NCBI RefSeq assembly: GCF_963506605.1 | Contig: NC_083278.1 | Coordinates: 80,848,001-80,912,000, forward strand | DNA length: 64,000 nt | Reading direction: 5' to 3' | Source: Zootoca vivipara | Lineage: Eukaryota | Part shown: piece by piece, positions 1 to 11,470 of the stretch | How positions within the stretch are numbered: position 1 is the first letter of the stretch | Layout of the letters: each line of letters starts with the position of its first letter | Notes under the pieces: model-generated | The model's database searches: none | Told to the model about the DNA's origin: nothing | The model's input: only the letters and a program-made list of their open reading frames with translations | Program-made: the position numbers and the translations under genes

Positions 1-2987
1 TAAACTTTAAAAGCAGCTCCTACAGAAATACCATTTAATTCTTACCTGTTTCTAGCTGAGATAGGAAGGTAAAAGGTAACAGCCAAAACACATCAGTTTG
101 TGAAAATCTTGGTTTTTACGGGACAAAATGCTGCCATTCTTTTCCCCCTCATCTGATTTTCTGAAAAGTGACAAATTAAGATAGTTACACAATGATGCAC
201 CACCTCTCAGGTCATAGTGACTTAGTTGCTCTTCCAAGCAGAATGTGCTTAGCACATCTTAGTGCATAAGATAAAGTAGATTTGGGGAGAGTGGGCTGGC
301 TTTATACATGCCTCTAACATATCAGTCATTATTTCTTTTCCCACCCCCACCATTGTGGCATTTTGCCATGCATGGAGTTGCACGTGTGAAGTGCTAGCAT
401 ATTAACGTTTCTGTATTCCATCTCTGCATAAAACTGTAAAGCATATTTGACATTATTCTGAAGGTGGCTGCCTTGCTTGCGTGTAGGGCTTTCCTGGGAA
501 AGCTTCCCTGATTGACCAACATTCCAGTTTCCCGTGTTGGAAACCCTACCCATGAATAAGGCAGCCAGACTAAGGCTGGGTGGGAAATGTGTGTCAGGTA
601 TTATTCACCATCAAGAAGGCCAGGCTTATCTTGTGCTTGGCCCCTTGGCCCTTTGAAACTGGGTGCTTGGAGAGGTATTTATATGTTTCACATGAAACAT
701 GAAATCTAGGCCAGGGAAGAAAAATATTTTTAAAATGCTTAATTAAAACAAAACTTAAGTCAGAACCAAAGATATATTAAAAAGTGTATTTCCACATTAC
801 TTTTTCTTTAATGAACATACATGCTTCATTTTGTACTGAGGGCAAAGCTCCAAGTAACAGACATGTCCAGAAAGAAATACAGTATGTTGTTTTTTAAGTA
901 CTTAAATGAATGGGACATTTATTTTGTTTCTCTTTCTAAATCTTCTTAATTTATGTTCGTCTTCTGAAAGAGAAATCAAACAGCCTGATCTGGATTTCTG
1001 AACTGAATAAATTGAAAGAGACAAAATCCTTGGGTTGTTAGCTTATGCTTTTATCATAAATTATATTAACTAGATTTATATTCCAGTCCTCCAGGGTTTA
1101 AAATAATTGTCATGTTATGGTAGCAGTCAAGGGCATGAACATCGTGATGGCAATAGTCAAAACTTCTTTCTTTAATCAGTATAATATAAATAAATGAGAT
1201 TTTCCCTTATTCATTTTCGTTAGTTGCATTTTAGTTTGCCGCATTCTCCAGAATTAACAAATCCTTAAATGCTATGCTGGTTCCCAATAAAAATGTAGAT
1301 TTGTACATCTCTTGATAATTAGCTATGAATTAAAACAAAGCATGTCACAAAGCATTCATTGTTATGTGAAGAGCTACTTCCCCTTGTCTGGGACATTATG
1401 ATCCTCCATCTGGCCTGAACTCCCATCACCTCATAAAAATCTGCTCTTATTTATCAATATGTGCACAAAATATTAATTTCACTTGGAAAGTCTTTTTTTT
1501 TATTCTCCTAAAAGAAAAGCAATGATGTCTAAGATCAGATGTTCCAACCCAGCTAGGGGCCGCAAACACACACAGAGAGAGCACCTTATCCAATCCAATC
1601 CAACAGTCAGGGATTCACATTCTTAGCTGGTTTTTTTTGTTATTTTAAAATTGCTACTGATGAACTGTTTTGGTAGGTAAGCAAAAGTTAGATACAATCT
1701 TCAACTCTTTCCATGACGAGCAGCTGGTTACGGCAGTCTGTTTCTGTTACCTGGCCACTATGAGCACACTTTCTGGGCTACTGGGTATAGGGCCAGGGCC
1801 CCCAATAGAACTCCAAACAACCCCTAAGATTCCTCAGTGCACAATGAAAGGAATGAATGCACCCACAGCCAAGGTTCAAGATGACTCTCAAAGCAACACT
1901 GGCAGTAAGCTAAGCCAATCAGACGCAACCTCTGGTATTGCAGGGCCAGTGAAACCAACAACAGGGCATGTTGAGAAGGCTTGCTGCTCCGGTATTCTCA
2001 TTGACCCCACAACCCTAAAGCTGGTACCTGAATGGTAGAACTCACTGCTACTTTCGCCCTGGCTCTAGCAATATTTAAAATTAAAATGCTAGGCAGCTGA
2101 AGCCTCACCGGAGCTTGCTAGGACAGCAATTTGCAGAGAGTGTGGGCCAGCAGACTTGCCAACTTGCCTGCCTGCCTGCCTGCAAGACAGGGAAGGAGGG
2201 AGAGCAAAAAGTGTGGTTGCTGTCACTCTTCATTAGCTTTGAGGTAACACTTGCAACATTAAAATGTTAGCTTGGACATTCCTTAGGGTGCCAATCTATC
2301 CTGTATGTAACAGCTACATGAAACCGCTGAGCGGGGTCATCCAAAGTTTTAGAGTGCGTTGTCAGAAATATGCTGACAACACGCAGCTCTACTTCTCCTT
2401 TACATCTGCCGGTGTGGCAGTAGATGTGCTGGACCTTTGTCTTGCCTTGGAAATCGACTGGATGAGAGCCAAAAAACTGAAGCTCAATGCAGATAAGACT
2501 GAGGGACTGTTAGTGGGTGGTTTCCTAGACCAGATGGATGGGAGGTTGCCTGTTCTTGATGGGGTTACACTCCCTCTGAAGGAGCAGGTATGTAGCTTGG
2601 GGGGACTTCTGGATCCATTGCTAACATTTGAGGCTCAGGTGGCCTCAGTGGTGGGGAGTGCCTTCCATCAGCTTTGGCTGGCGACCCAGCTGCACCACAT
2701 CTGGGCAGGGATAGTCTAATTTCTGTCGTCTATGCTCTGACAACCTCTGAGTTAGATTACTGCAACACGTTATATGTGGGGCTGCCTCTGAAGACAGTTC
2801 AAGAAACTTCAGGTTGTACAGAATTCAGCCGCCAAGTTGCTCACTGGGGCAAGATGGTTTGAGCATATAATGCCAATCCTGGTCCAACTGCGCTGGCTAC
2901 CAATTAGTTTCCAATTCAAAGTGCTGGTTTTGACCTATAAAGCCTTAATCAGCTCAGGATTGCACCTCAAGGACTACTTCTCCTCAT

Positions 2988-3089
2988 GTGTGTATCTGAA
3001 GAAGTGTGCATGCACACGAAAGCTCATACCAATAACAAACTTAGTTGGTCTCTAAGGTGCTACTGGAAGGATTTATTTTTTATATACTT
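2988..3089 (+). mobile_element. Short Penelope-like element terminal fragment nested in L2
   Basis: CTGAAGAAG..CGAAAGCTCA..AATAA..TTGGTCTCTAAGGTGCTAC layout of reptile PLE termini; flanked by a 13-bp near-perfect direct repeat TACTTCTCC(T/C)CAT (2975, 3090). Copy at 41134..41235. Confidence 0.75.
2992..3029 (+). ncRNA. Minimal type I hammerhead ribozyme-like motif
   Basis: GTAT-CTGAAGA-A-GTGTGC/AT/GCACAC-GAAA-GC-TC-ATAC: core, palindromic stem II, AGCT remnant helix III, stem I GTAT/ATAC. Confidence 0.6.
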
Positions 3090-4359
3090 TACTTCTCCCC
3101 ATATGAACAGACCCAGACCCATCTTTGTGGGCCTCCTCCATGGGAGGGCTAAAAGAAACAGGGCTTTTTGCAGTGGTTCCCTGCTTGTAAAATGCTCTCC
3201 ACAGGGCGGCTCACCTGGAGCCGTCATTACATATCTTTAGGCACCAGGAGAAAACATTTCTTTATAACCAGACCTTTGGCTAATTAAACAATCCATGGCC
3301 TTTTAAATATGTTTGTGGGAAGGAGGTTATTGCCTTGTTGTTTTTAGTATATATTTTGTGTTCTCATTTTGTATTTTTATATTATGCACCACCCTGTGAA
3401 CTTTGGATGAAGGGCAGGATACAAATATAATAATAACAACAGCCACAACAACAACACCTCTTTCTCCGGGGTAGAGTCTATCTTGGAAGGATTGATATTG
3501 CTATCTTTGTAAGATGGATGGTGAAACTCAGTTGTTCACTTATCTCAGGGGTGAGACACCTGTGGCTCTCCAGAAGTTGGTTGGACTCCCAGCCAAAATA
3601 AGCAATGGTCAGGCAACTTCGGGAGGAGAATATATTTTCCATACCTGCTCCCAGAGGGGTTCACCAATGAGTTTCATCTTAGCTTCCCCTTCGAAACAGA
3701 TGCATTTCCCAAAGGTTTTATGATGTGCTGAATTCTAGCTGGCTATACAACCACTTGTAAAAATGGCTAAAGGGAGCTCTTTCCCACAAACATGTCTCTG
3801 TCTTGCGTTGCTGCTGCAGCAGCTCTGCTACACAGGGATTTATTTGCTACATTAAAGAAAAGAGGTACATCCAAATCTCAAAGCAACGGATACAGTGGGT
3901 GAGGAGAAGGTGCACTTGGCCGGGCAGACTCATTAAGCAGTGATGCGGTCACCTCATGTTTTTAGGAGCTAGTAGGCAGGCTTCTGGGACGAGCTTGCTA
4001 GGGAAATAGAAAATGAGATAGGAGAACTGAGAGCATGAGGGCATTGTGGAAAAAGTGGTGCGTTAGTGGCAAGGAAATAAAGCATGGATGAGCAGCTAGG
4101 TAAGCACTGGGAAGTCGGAGGTCACCTTGACCAGCCCCCCCCCCCCAAACATGGCAATACCTGTTGCTCAAATGGGTTTGCCTTATGTTATGAAGAGCTG
4201 CTGTTTGAGAAAGACAAGCCAAAGTCTTTGGGGCATTAATTAAATTGCTCTTTTGTATTGGTTGAAGCAGCCTGAAGAGCTTGCCATGAGCTTAGGGAAG
4301 AGGGAGAAGAAGAAAAAGCTTGCTTAAATCTACTTCAAGTTTGGAAGGACACAGGATTG

Positions 4360-4360
<1 letters not shown>

Positions 4361-4404
<44 letters not shown>
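4361..4404. repeat. (CA)22 microsatellite
   Basis: Read directly; same length at 42507..42550. Confidence 0.95.
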
Positions 4405-4406
<2 letters not shown>

Positions 4407-4964
4407 ATACACCTTCTGCTTCTCATACCACTCCCTCAATTAGGTTGTGAAGCATCTCTTCATTTTAAGACATCCTTCACGTATCTTATATTAAAATAGG
4501 TTATTTCTTGAATTAATTAAAAGGGGAAAGTGGGGTGAATTTATAAAGAACAGAGCACATTTAAGTGGCCAACTACATCCAAGCACCTTTTATCCTTACA
4601 GTAAAGCAATTAATCACCATAAACTCATTTTGTCTAAAAGCAGTAGCAATTGATTGTTCCGTTTAAATCACTTTATTGTCCAGTCTGATGTCAGATCACC
4701 TAAATAGACATGCTTATAAATTCCCTGTATGGGAACATTGTATGTTTTGAAGGTTAGTTAGGATGGGAATGTTTTGTGCCAGTTGCTGGCAAGAGCTACA
4801 TCTTTAATTTCTGCAAAAATTATACATCCAAGGTTTATCAAGATGAGTGGCACACATATACGGTAAGAGTCTGAACGGGTGCAGTCACAACCTAAACCAC
4901 AACCTGAATGGGTGAAGTCCACAACCTGGAACGAGATGCACTTAGGATATGTCTTTAATAATAA

Positions 4965-5790
4965 CTAGCTGTACCCAGCCACGTGTTGCTGTGGCTCAGT
5001 CAGGGCCCCTGTTTCCCAGGACAGGCGTATGAGGTAACAACAGACCTCTCTATGTTGTCCCCGGTGGGTGATGTCATCTTCCCCCCCATGTGACATCACC
5101 CTCCACCCCAACCCCCCTCTCCCCCTCCCATACCATATGCATATTTGGGGGAGGGTTGCCCGCTTCCACCGCCGGATCCCGGTGGGTCAGGGGGCAGGCA
5201 AACCAGGTGGAGTTCCATATCAAAGGTGGAAATGGGAAGGGCGGGTGGGAGAGAGAAGGGGAGGCAGTGGCGGCGAAGGGACAGGATCTGGCCCCTGGTC
5301 TCCCAGAAGGAGTTGCCTACCATATGGACATTTGGGAGAGGCCCTGGTCGCTTCCCCCGGAGGATCCCAACGGGCGAGGGGGCAGGCAACCCAACTGCAG
5401 TTCCTTATCGAAGGCGGACATGCCGGGGGGGGGTGAGGCGGTGGTGGCGAAGGGGCAGGATCCGGCCCCCAGTCTCCCAGAAGGACCCGCTGCCCACCCG
5501 CTCCCAGTACCCTTTGCACGTTTGCGCCGGAAGGACACCACTGCGTACCCCAAGGTTTTCCTGGGAGTAAGAAATTTACTATAACTTGTGTTGCTTTGAC
5601 GTCCAACAGATGGCACTATTTTCTCACAAAAACATGTTTTTACTTGTCACAGGTGTGACATCTTTATAATCTAATTATATACAAACACTCCCGTATTTGA
5701 ATGCAATGTTGTGTCAAAATTTCAAAGCAATAAGTCAAGAACTTTTGGAGATTTTTGATTATGTACAAATGGACATTTACATTTTATAGA
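4965..5790 (-). mobile_element. Non-autonomous Helitron
   Basis: On the minus strand: 5' A|TC, 3' CTAG|T, subterminal hairpin AGCCAC..GTGGCT (4977-4996), no TSD. Copy at 43111..43936. Confidence 0.75.
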
Positions 5791-5793
5791 TAA

Positions 5794-6830
5794 CTACCGG
5801 TAGCTGGCCCTGCCACATGTTGCTGTGGAATTGTTTGTTAAATGGCGGGTCAGAGTCCCCCTTCAGATTCCCCAGACCGTCAGAGTCCCCCCTGTGTTGT
5901 TTAGATAGGGGCATACCTGTGTCTCCCCACACTCTGTAGTGACCCATCCCAGGGAAGGTCTTAGTTATCCCTGTCACCTATTGAAAGACCCCCCCCATCC
6001 CAATCAGGGAAGGACTTACCTATCCCTGACCCCTATTTGGCCCCCCCACCGATTGAGGGTAATACGGAGGGGGTGGGGGGGTTGGTGGGTGGTGTTGTAG
6101 AGTGAGGGTAGTATGTAGGTGGTTTGTGGGTCCTGGGCGAGCGGTGTTGTAGAGTCAGGGTAATATGGAGGTGGTTAGGGGTGTCGATGTGGGATTTCTG
6201 TGTGTGTTGGGATGTGGGGGTGGATTGGGGAAGGTGGAAGCTACACAGCGGCTTAGGTCTGTGGTGGTGGGGCGAGGTAGGCCTGAGGCGTCGGAATTGG
6301 AGGGGTGGTCGGGGAGGTGGCCTGGTCCCTGGGGGTGGTAGGATCGGCGGCGGAGGGTCCCGGGAGATGTCGGGATTGGCGGGGGCAGAACCTGTGGGGT
6401 AGGTGGAGGCTACAGAGCGGCTTAGGTCTGAGGTGGTGGGGCGAGGTAGGCCTGAGGCGTCGGAATTGGAGGGGTGGTCGGGGAGGTGGCCTGGTCCCTG
6501 GGGGTGGTAGGATCGGCGGCGGAGGGTCCCGGGAGATGTCGGGATTGGCGGGGGCAGAACCCGTGGGGTAGGTGGAGGCTACAGAGCGGCTTAGGTCTGA
6601 GGTGGTGGGGTGAGGTAGGCCTGAGGCATCGGGATTGGAGGGGTGGTCGGGGAGGCGGCCTGGTCCCTGGGGGTGGTAGGATCAGCGGCAGAGGGTCCCG
6701 GGAGACGGCAGGATCGGCAGGGGCGGAATCCGTGGGGTGGGGTGTGTGTGTGGAGTGGGCTTGGTCAGGGCGGGAAGGGGTCAGTGGTATGTGATCTCCT
6801 GTGCGACCGTGGGTCCCTGGTGAACGGTTA
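5794..6830 (-). mobile_element. Second related non-autonomous Helitron, adjacent to the first (far end unclear)
   Basis: Begins with the same terminus/hairpin (GCTGGCCCTGCCAC..TTGCTGTGG) and shares CAGAGTCCCCCTTCAGA with the 35526 element. Copy at 43940..44976. Confidence 0.6.
6232..6738. repeat. G-rich minisatellite, 3 x 169 bp
   Basis: Units start at 6232, 6401 and 6570. Copy at 44378..44884. Confidence 0.92.
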
Positions 6831-7344
6831 ATGAAGAGGGTTAATGCTCTAGAGTTCAGTCACACCTGGTGGCACTTTTGGATGGCCTCAAGATGTGTCT
6901 GCAAAAAGCAGATAAATCTTCACTCTTGCCTAATGTTCCACTGGGCTACTTAATAGTACTGTATTGCTGAGACTGTCAGTAAACTTTTATTCTGTGATCC
7001 TAAAAAAACAAATAAGCCTTTGCAATCAGAAGTTGCAGCAGTCCTGTACTTTGTGAAATGTTTTTCTTTCTTCTTCTTTGATTAACAATTACATCTGCAA
7101 GCTTTTGTTCACATGAAGCCCCATCACTATTTACTACAGCAGTAGAAAGCTGGCAAATTATTTTAAAGTAAATAAACACAGCTGTAGGAAACATTTCCCT
7201 AGTTTCTTCTACATTCTACAAGCTGGAACTATTTTTTATTCACTCCCCCTCTCCGAATCTCGTTTTAAACATTTTTCTGTCAAATGCACTGAAGTTCAGC
7301 CAGGGAAAAACATAAAACCAGTCTGGAGGAAAAATTGTATAAAT

Positions 7345-7770
7345 TTGCATCTGCAGAGAAAGACTGCAGACAAGCTGGAAAGGATTCAGGAGAGTGTCAC
7401 AAGAGGAACAGGTCTCCAAGGCAAGTTGTGTCAAGACAAGCTGAAGGAACTGGGTCTGTTTACCCTGGAGAAAAGAAGATTAAAGGAAGCATATGCTGGC
7501 AGGTTTCACATATCTAAAGGGATATTTAAAAAGAAGAGAGAAGGAATTGGTACAAATTGCTAATTGCAGCCACTCAGGATAGGACAAAAAGCAAAAAACC
7601 TACAAAAATTAAACTACAGGAAGACAGGTTAAGCATCAAGAGAAAAACATCATTTCTGTAAGCAGTTCAGCAAAGAAGTCAACTACTTAAGCAAATCATG
7701 GGGTCACCTTTCTAGAGATTTCAGTGAAAAAGCTGAACTGGCAACTATTGGTGATGTTCAGACGTATTAG
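7345..7770 (+). mobile_element. Degenerate CR1 LINE 3' fragment
   Basis: DKLERIQ...LKELGLFTLEKRRLK is the CR1 ORF2 C-terminal motif. Copy at 45491..45916. Confidence 0.8.
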
Positions 7771-8929
7771 GTGGAATTCAATGAACAAACATTCCCATCT
7801 GTCCAGCTTGCCAGAGAGAACGATTCCCCCCTCCACTCATTTACTAGTTCTGGGGTTCTCCCGATCCTAGCAAGCCAATTTGAGGGGTACACAGGGAGGA
7901 AAGCTGCATTGCACAAGCAGAAATCCTTCCCCAGGTCTTCCACTGACAGAATCTGGCCCGGAACACTGGTGGTGGTGTTCTGCATGGTCTACTATCAAAG
8001 TCACTCATTCAGTTATTCAGATGTTCCCCATTTTGAAATTTGCAGGTGTAAGAATCCCAAAGTACAGTTCTGTCGCATTGCCTCTTATGGGCCATTCTCC
8101 CTTACTATTCAGTTTCTCTACCGGCATATAGGTGCCTGGATGATTTTTTTCTGAAAGGCAGGGCAGTAAATAATCTAAATAAACATATGTAACTCACATG
8201 AGGCCAGGTTGGCCAGTAGACTGGGTCTCTGGAAAAAAATGTATTCCAGGTTTACTCCTTCATTGGTTCTCAAGTGGGTAAGACCTGATGTACACCTATA
8301 GGTAGACATGGCATCCAGATAATGTCTTTCCATTCATTGCTGGAACCCTTCTTCCTCTGGCTCCTTTTACCTCCTCCAGTCCTTAATGAATAGCAATGCT
8401 GCTGCAATCATCTTCACAGCCTCCTGACTGCGCTTTCTAGGTTAACAACACTGAACTACACTTTGGGGTTATCATACACTGCCTTCCCCCTTCCTTCAGA
8501 AAAAAAATGTTTAACAACACCTGGTTACTTTGCAGGACTCGTGTAAGTACCTACAGAGTCTCAACCACATTCCTGCAGTATGGGTCATAGCTGCCAAGTT
8601 TTCCCTTTTCTCGCGAGGAAGCCTATTCAGCATAAGAGAAAATCCCTTTAAAAAAGGGATAACTTGGCAGCTATGGTATGGGTACAATGGTGGACTTTTA
8701 ACCTGCACTGGCATTTTTTAAATGTAATTTTTAAAATGTTTACAAAATCAGAAGAAAATCACACAGAGAGAAAGAATAGGTTAGAAAGATAATGGAGAAA
8801 GCGGATAGAGGAAAGTTTTTCTCCCTGTCTCATAATACTAGAACTAGATGGAGCGACGCCCCTAAGAAAAAAGGTTGCAACATTTAGGACTTTAAAGTTT
8901 AGAACAAAGGTCGCTGATAGGCAACATGA

Positions 8930-9280
8930 CAGAAGTTTCAGGACAGATGAAAAGCAAGGACTTCTTCATGCAGCACACAGTTAAACTAAGGAACTCTCTC
9001 GCACAAGAGGCCACCAACTTAGATGGCTTTAAAAGACGACTGGACAAATTCATGGAGGAGAAAGCTATCAATGGCTGCTGGTCATGATGGCTATACTCTG
9101 CCTCCACAACTGAAGGCAGTAATGCGTCTGAATACCAGCTGCTGGAGACCACTAGAGGGGAGAGTGCTCTTTGGCTTGAATCTTGCTTGAGGGTTTTCCA
9201 CAGGCATCTAGTTGGCCACTCTGAGAACAGATGCTGGACTATAAGGGCCACTGGCCCGATCCAGCAGGCTCTTATGTCCC
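8930..9280 (+). mobile_element. CR1 3' end fragment
   Basis: GATGGCTTTAAAAGA..GACAAATTCATGGAGGA..GGCCCGATCCAGCAGGCTCTTATGT, typical of squamate CR1 3' ends. Copy at 47076..47426. Confidence 0.75.
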
Positions 9281-10858
9281 TACATTCTTCTCTGCTTTCC
9301 TAAATGCCAGTCATTGCTATGACTTCACTAGCTAGAGACACTGAAATATGGGCACAGCCTTATTCTCACTAGGTAAGGACACCACTGTTCTACTGGGAGA
9401 TGTAACTAAAAGTCTTCCTCCCAAATTTAGGTAGAGAGAAGAGGTGTTTGAAATCTGAAGCTGGCTGGCAAGAAGCAGCCTTGAGGTGTAGTTACATTTG
9501 GGGGACTTAATGCCTGCTTTCTTTCCACTTTCTCTACCAATAAATGGTGTTTGTGTGTAACAAAATGTTACAATAATCTAGTAGTTTCTCCTCAGAAAGG
9601 TAAATATGAAAAACTTTCTCTGATATTAGAACTGCTCTGGAAAGCATCCTTGATTTTTTTAGCAACTTTCTGATGAATAGGTTTTTTAAGAGGAGCTTCT
9701 GAAAAGTAGGAGAGTTTTAGATGAAGTCATGGCAATATAGTTTTTTTTTTCAAGGGCATATACTTTACTAATCTATTTCTCCACATTAAGTGGGAGGGGA
9801 GGGAAACACTGCAGTTATTAGCTGAAGGAGAAATAACATTAGCTTTATTTAAAGTTCAATCTAATTTTACCTCATTTTGTTCTCAAACCCATGAAGATTA
9901 CAGATGTTTGGAATTCACTCACGCCCAAAGAAATTATGCAATCTATTTGTGTAAGTATCTAAGGATTAATATTTGTAGGCACTGATCCTTTTTGCGTGAG
10001 TCAAGCTAGTACAGTCGAGAGAAATGGCCAATCTCTTTTTATTTGCTAGTGAAATGTAAGTATAATTAAAGACGGAAGGTTCCAGGAGGTGGACATCTTG
10101 CTCAAACAACTTTCAAACACCCTACCACAGCTTAGAAGTTTTGATAATACTCAGCACAGGTTTTTTTTGACATTGTATTAACTGCCAAGCAGCAAGGCAT
10201 TGCAAGAGCAAGCCCACTGCAAGTTCATTTCCTTTGCTTGTTATTGCCCTTCCCAAGGAGAGGCAGGAAAGACAAAAGCATATCTTCATGATGCAAGAAA
10301 ACTAGACTGAAGAAAATACAGCCTTCCATGGGAGTCAAATAATAGTATTGTTCTTGTGATACGACTCTGGCCCCCTCCTCTATGGCTTCTCTGGTTGCTT
10401 TACAGTGAGCATCAAAGGAAAGAAGAGGGATGCCAAGCAAACTCCCCAGGAGGGCTTTTTCATAGGTCTTCCCTCTTGACCAGGCTACAATGAAGGCAGC
10501 CTCTGAGGGCTATCTTCAAGTGCTATTTGGTAAAGGAACAGAAGAGGATGGTCAAATGAGTATCACACTTGTGATGCAGAAAACATCTACAGCATAAAAA
10601 GCTGGCACAAGACGAGTGGGGAGAGCTCCATGGCCATAGAACCACGATACAGTGCTCCCTTGTGCACTACACCTGACTGACCTAGTGAGTGAGCAAACCA
10701 GGAGAACCTTCAAAACAGATCTTAAGAGTGCAGGCTAGTAAAAAAGCTTGAACTCAATCAATTTGGGTTTTACACTTTGAACTAGTTCTGGAAACACGCC
10801 AATAATCTCACCTTCTCTCACCCCACACACTTAGGATGTTGTAACCTAGATTTGTATT

Positions 10859-10860
<2 letters not shown>

Positions 10861-10905
<45 letters not shown>

Positions 10906-10909
10906 GAGA
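10861..10909. repeat. (TG)n(AG)n compound microsatellite
   Basis: Read directly; same interruption (GC) in copy B near 49007..49055. Confidence 0.9.
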
Positions 10910-11249
10910 AGGAACAGTCGAGATAGGGACAGAATTCTGGATTCTGTACGCGCAGGAAAGTGTCTTCACATAAAGCTTTCTGTCTCTAGAGATCTACTGT
11001 GTTGCATCAGATCTCTCTGAATATCTGATGTGGCTGTCTATTGGAGCGCTTAAGCTCTGCATTCACTTATGCTCAACCTGTACATTGGTAAATAAATTCA
11101 AATTTTACAAAAGGCCATAAACTGCCAGTGATCTCTTTGCCAATGAAACCAAACCGGGGCAAGTACTCTACTCATGTAACTTCTCACCAGGAAGAGAAGA
11201 AGAGCAAACCTAACAGTATGAAGCAAGCCATATGGCAGTTCACTGGGAG

Positions 11250-11470
11250 TGCACACAAGAAGAGCAGTGGTGACTCAAAATTAAAGGCCTATCTAGTCCA
11301 TAACCCCCTTTCTCACAGTGGCCAACCAGAGGCCTATGCTAAGCCCACAAACAGGACTTCAGCATGACAGCCTTCTCCTGCTGTTGTTCCCCCGTGTTTG
11401 ATATCAGAGGCAGTGTGTCTCTGGTCTTGGAAGTAGCATTTGGCCATCACTGGAAGCTTCATCCTCCATG
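11250..11470 (-). mobile_element. Old CR1 3' end fragment
   Basis: Reverse-complement similarity to 9060-9280. Confidence 0.55.

Larger units (their letters stand above)
2300..3440 (+). mobile_element. 5'-truncated L2-clade LINE (RT C-terminal part and 3' tail), frameshifted
   Basis: YADNTQLY...WMRAKKLKLNADKTE, LDYCNTLYVGLP and LRWLPI...FKVLVLTYKAL are typical L2 ORF2 motifs; AAT/AAC-rich tail. Confidence 0.9.

Noticed and set aside
5068-6831. Many overlapping 90-160 aa ORFs
   Set aside because: They arise from stop-poor GC-rich repeats within the Helitrons and minisatellite; no protein motifs.
10837-11214. Possible solo LTR (TGTT...AACA with AATAAA)
   Set aside because: No matching TSD; too weak to call.
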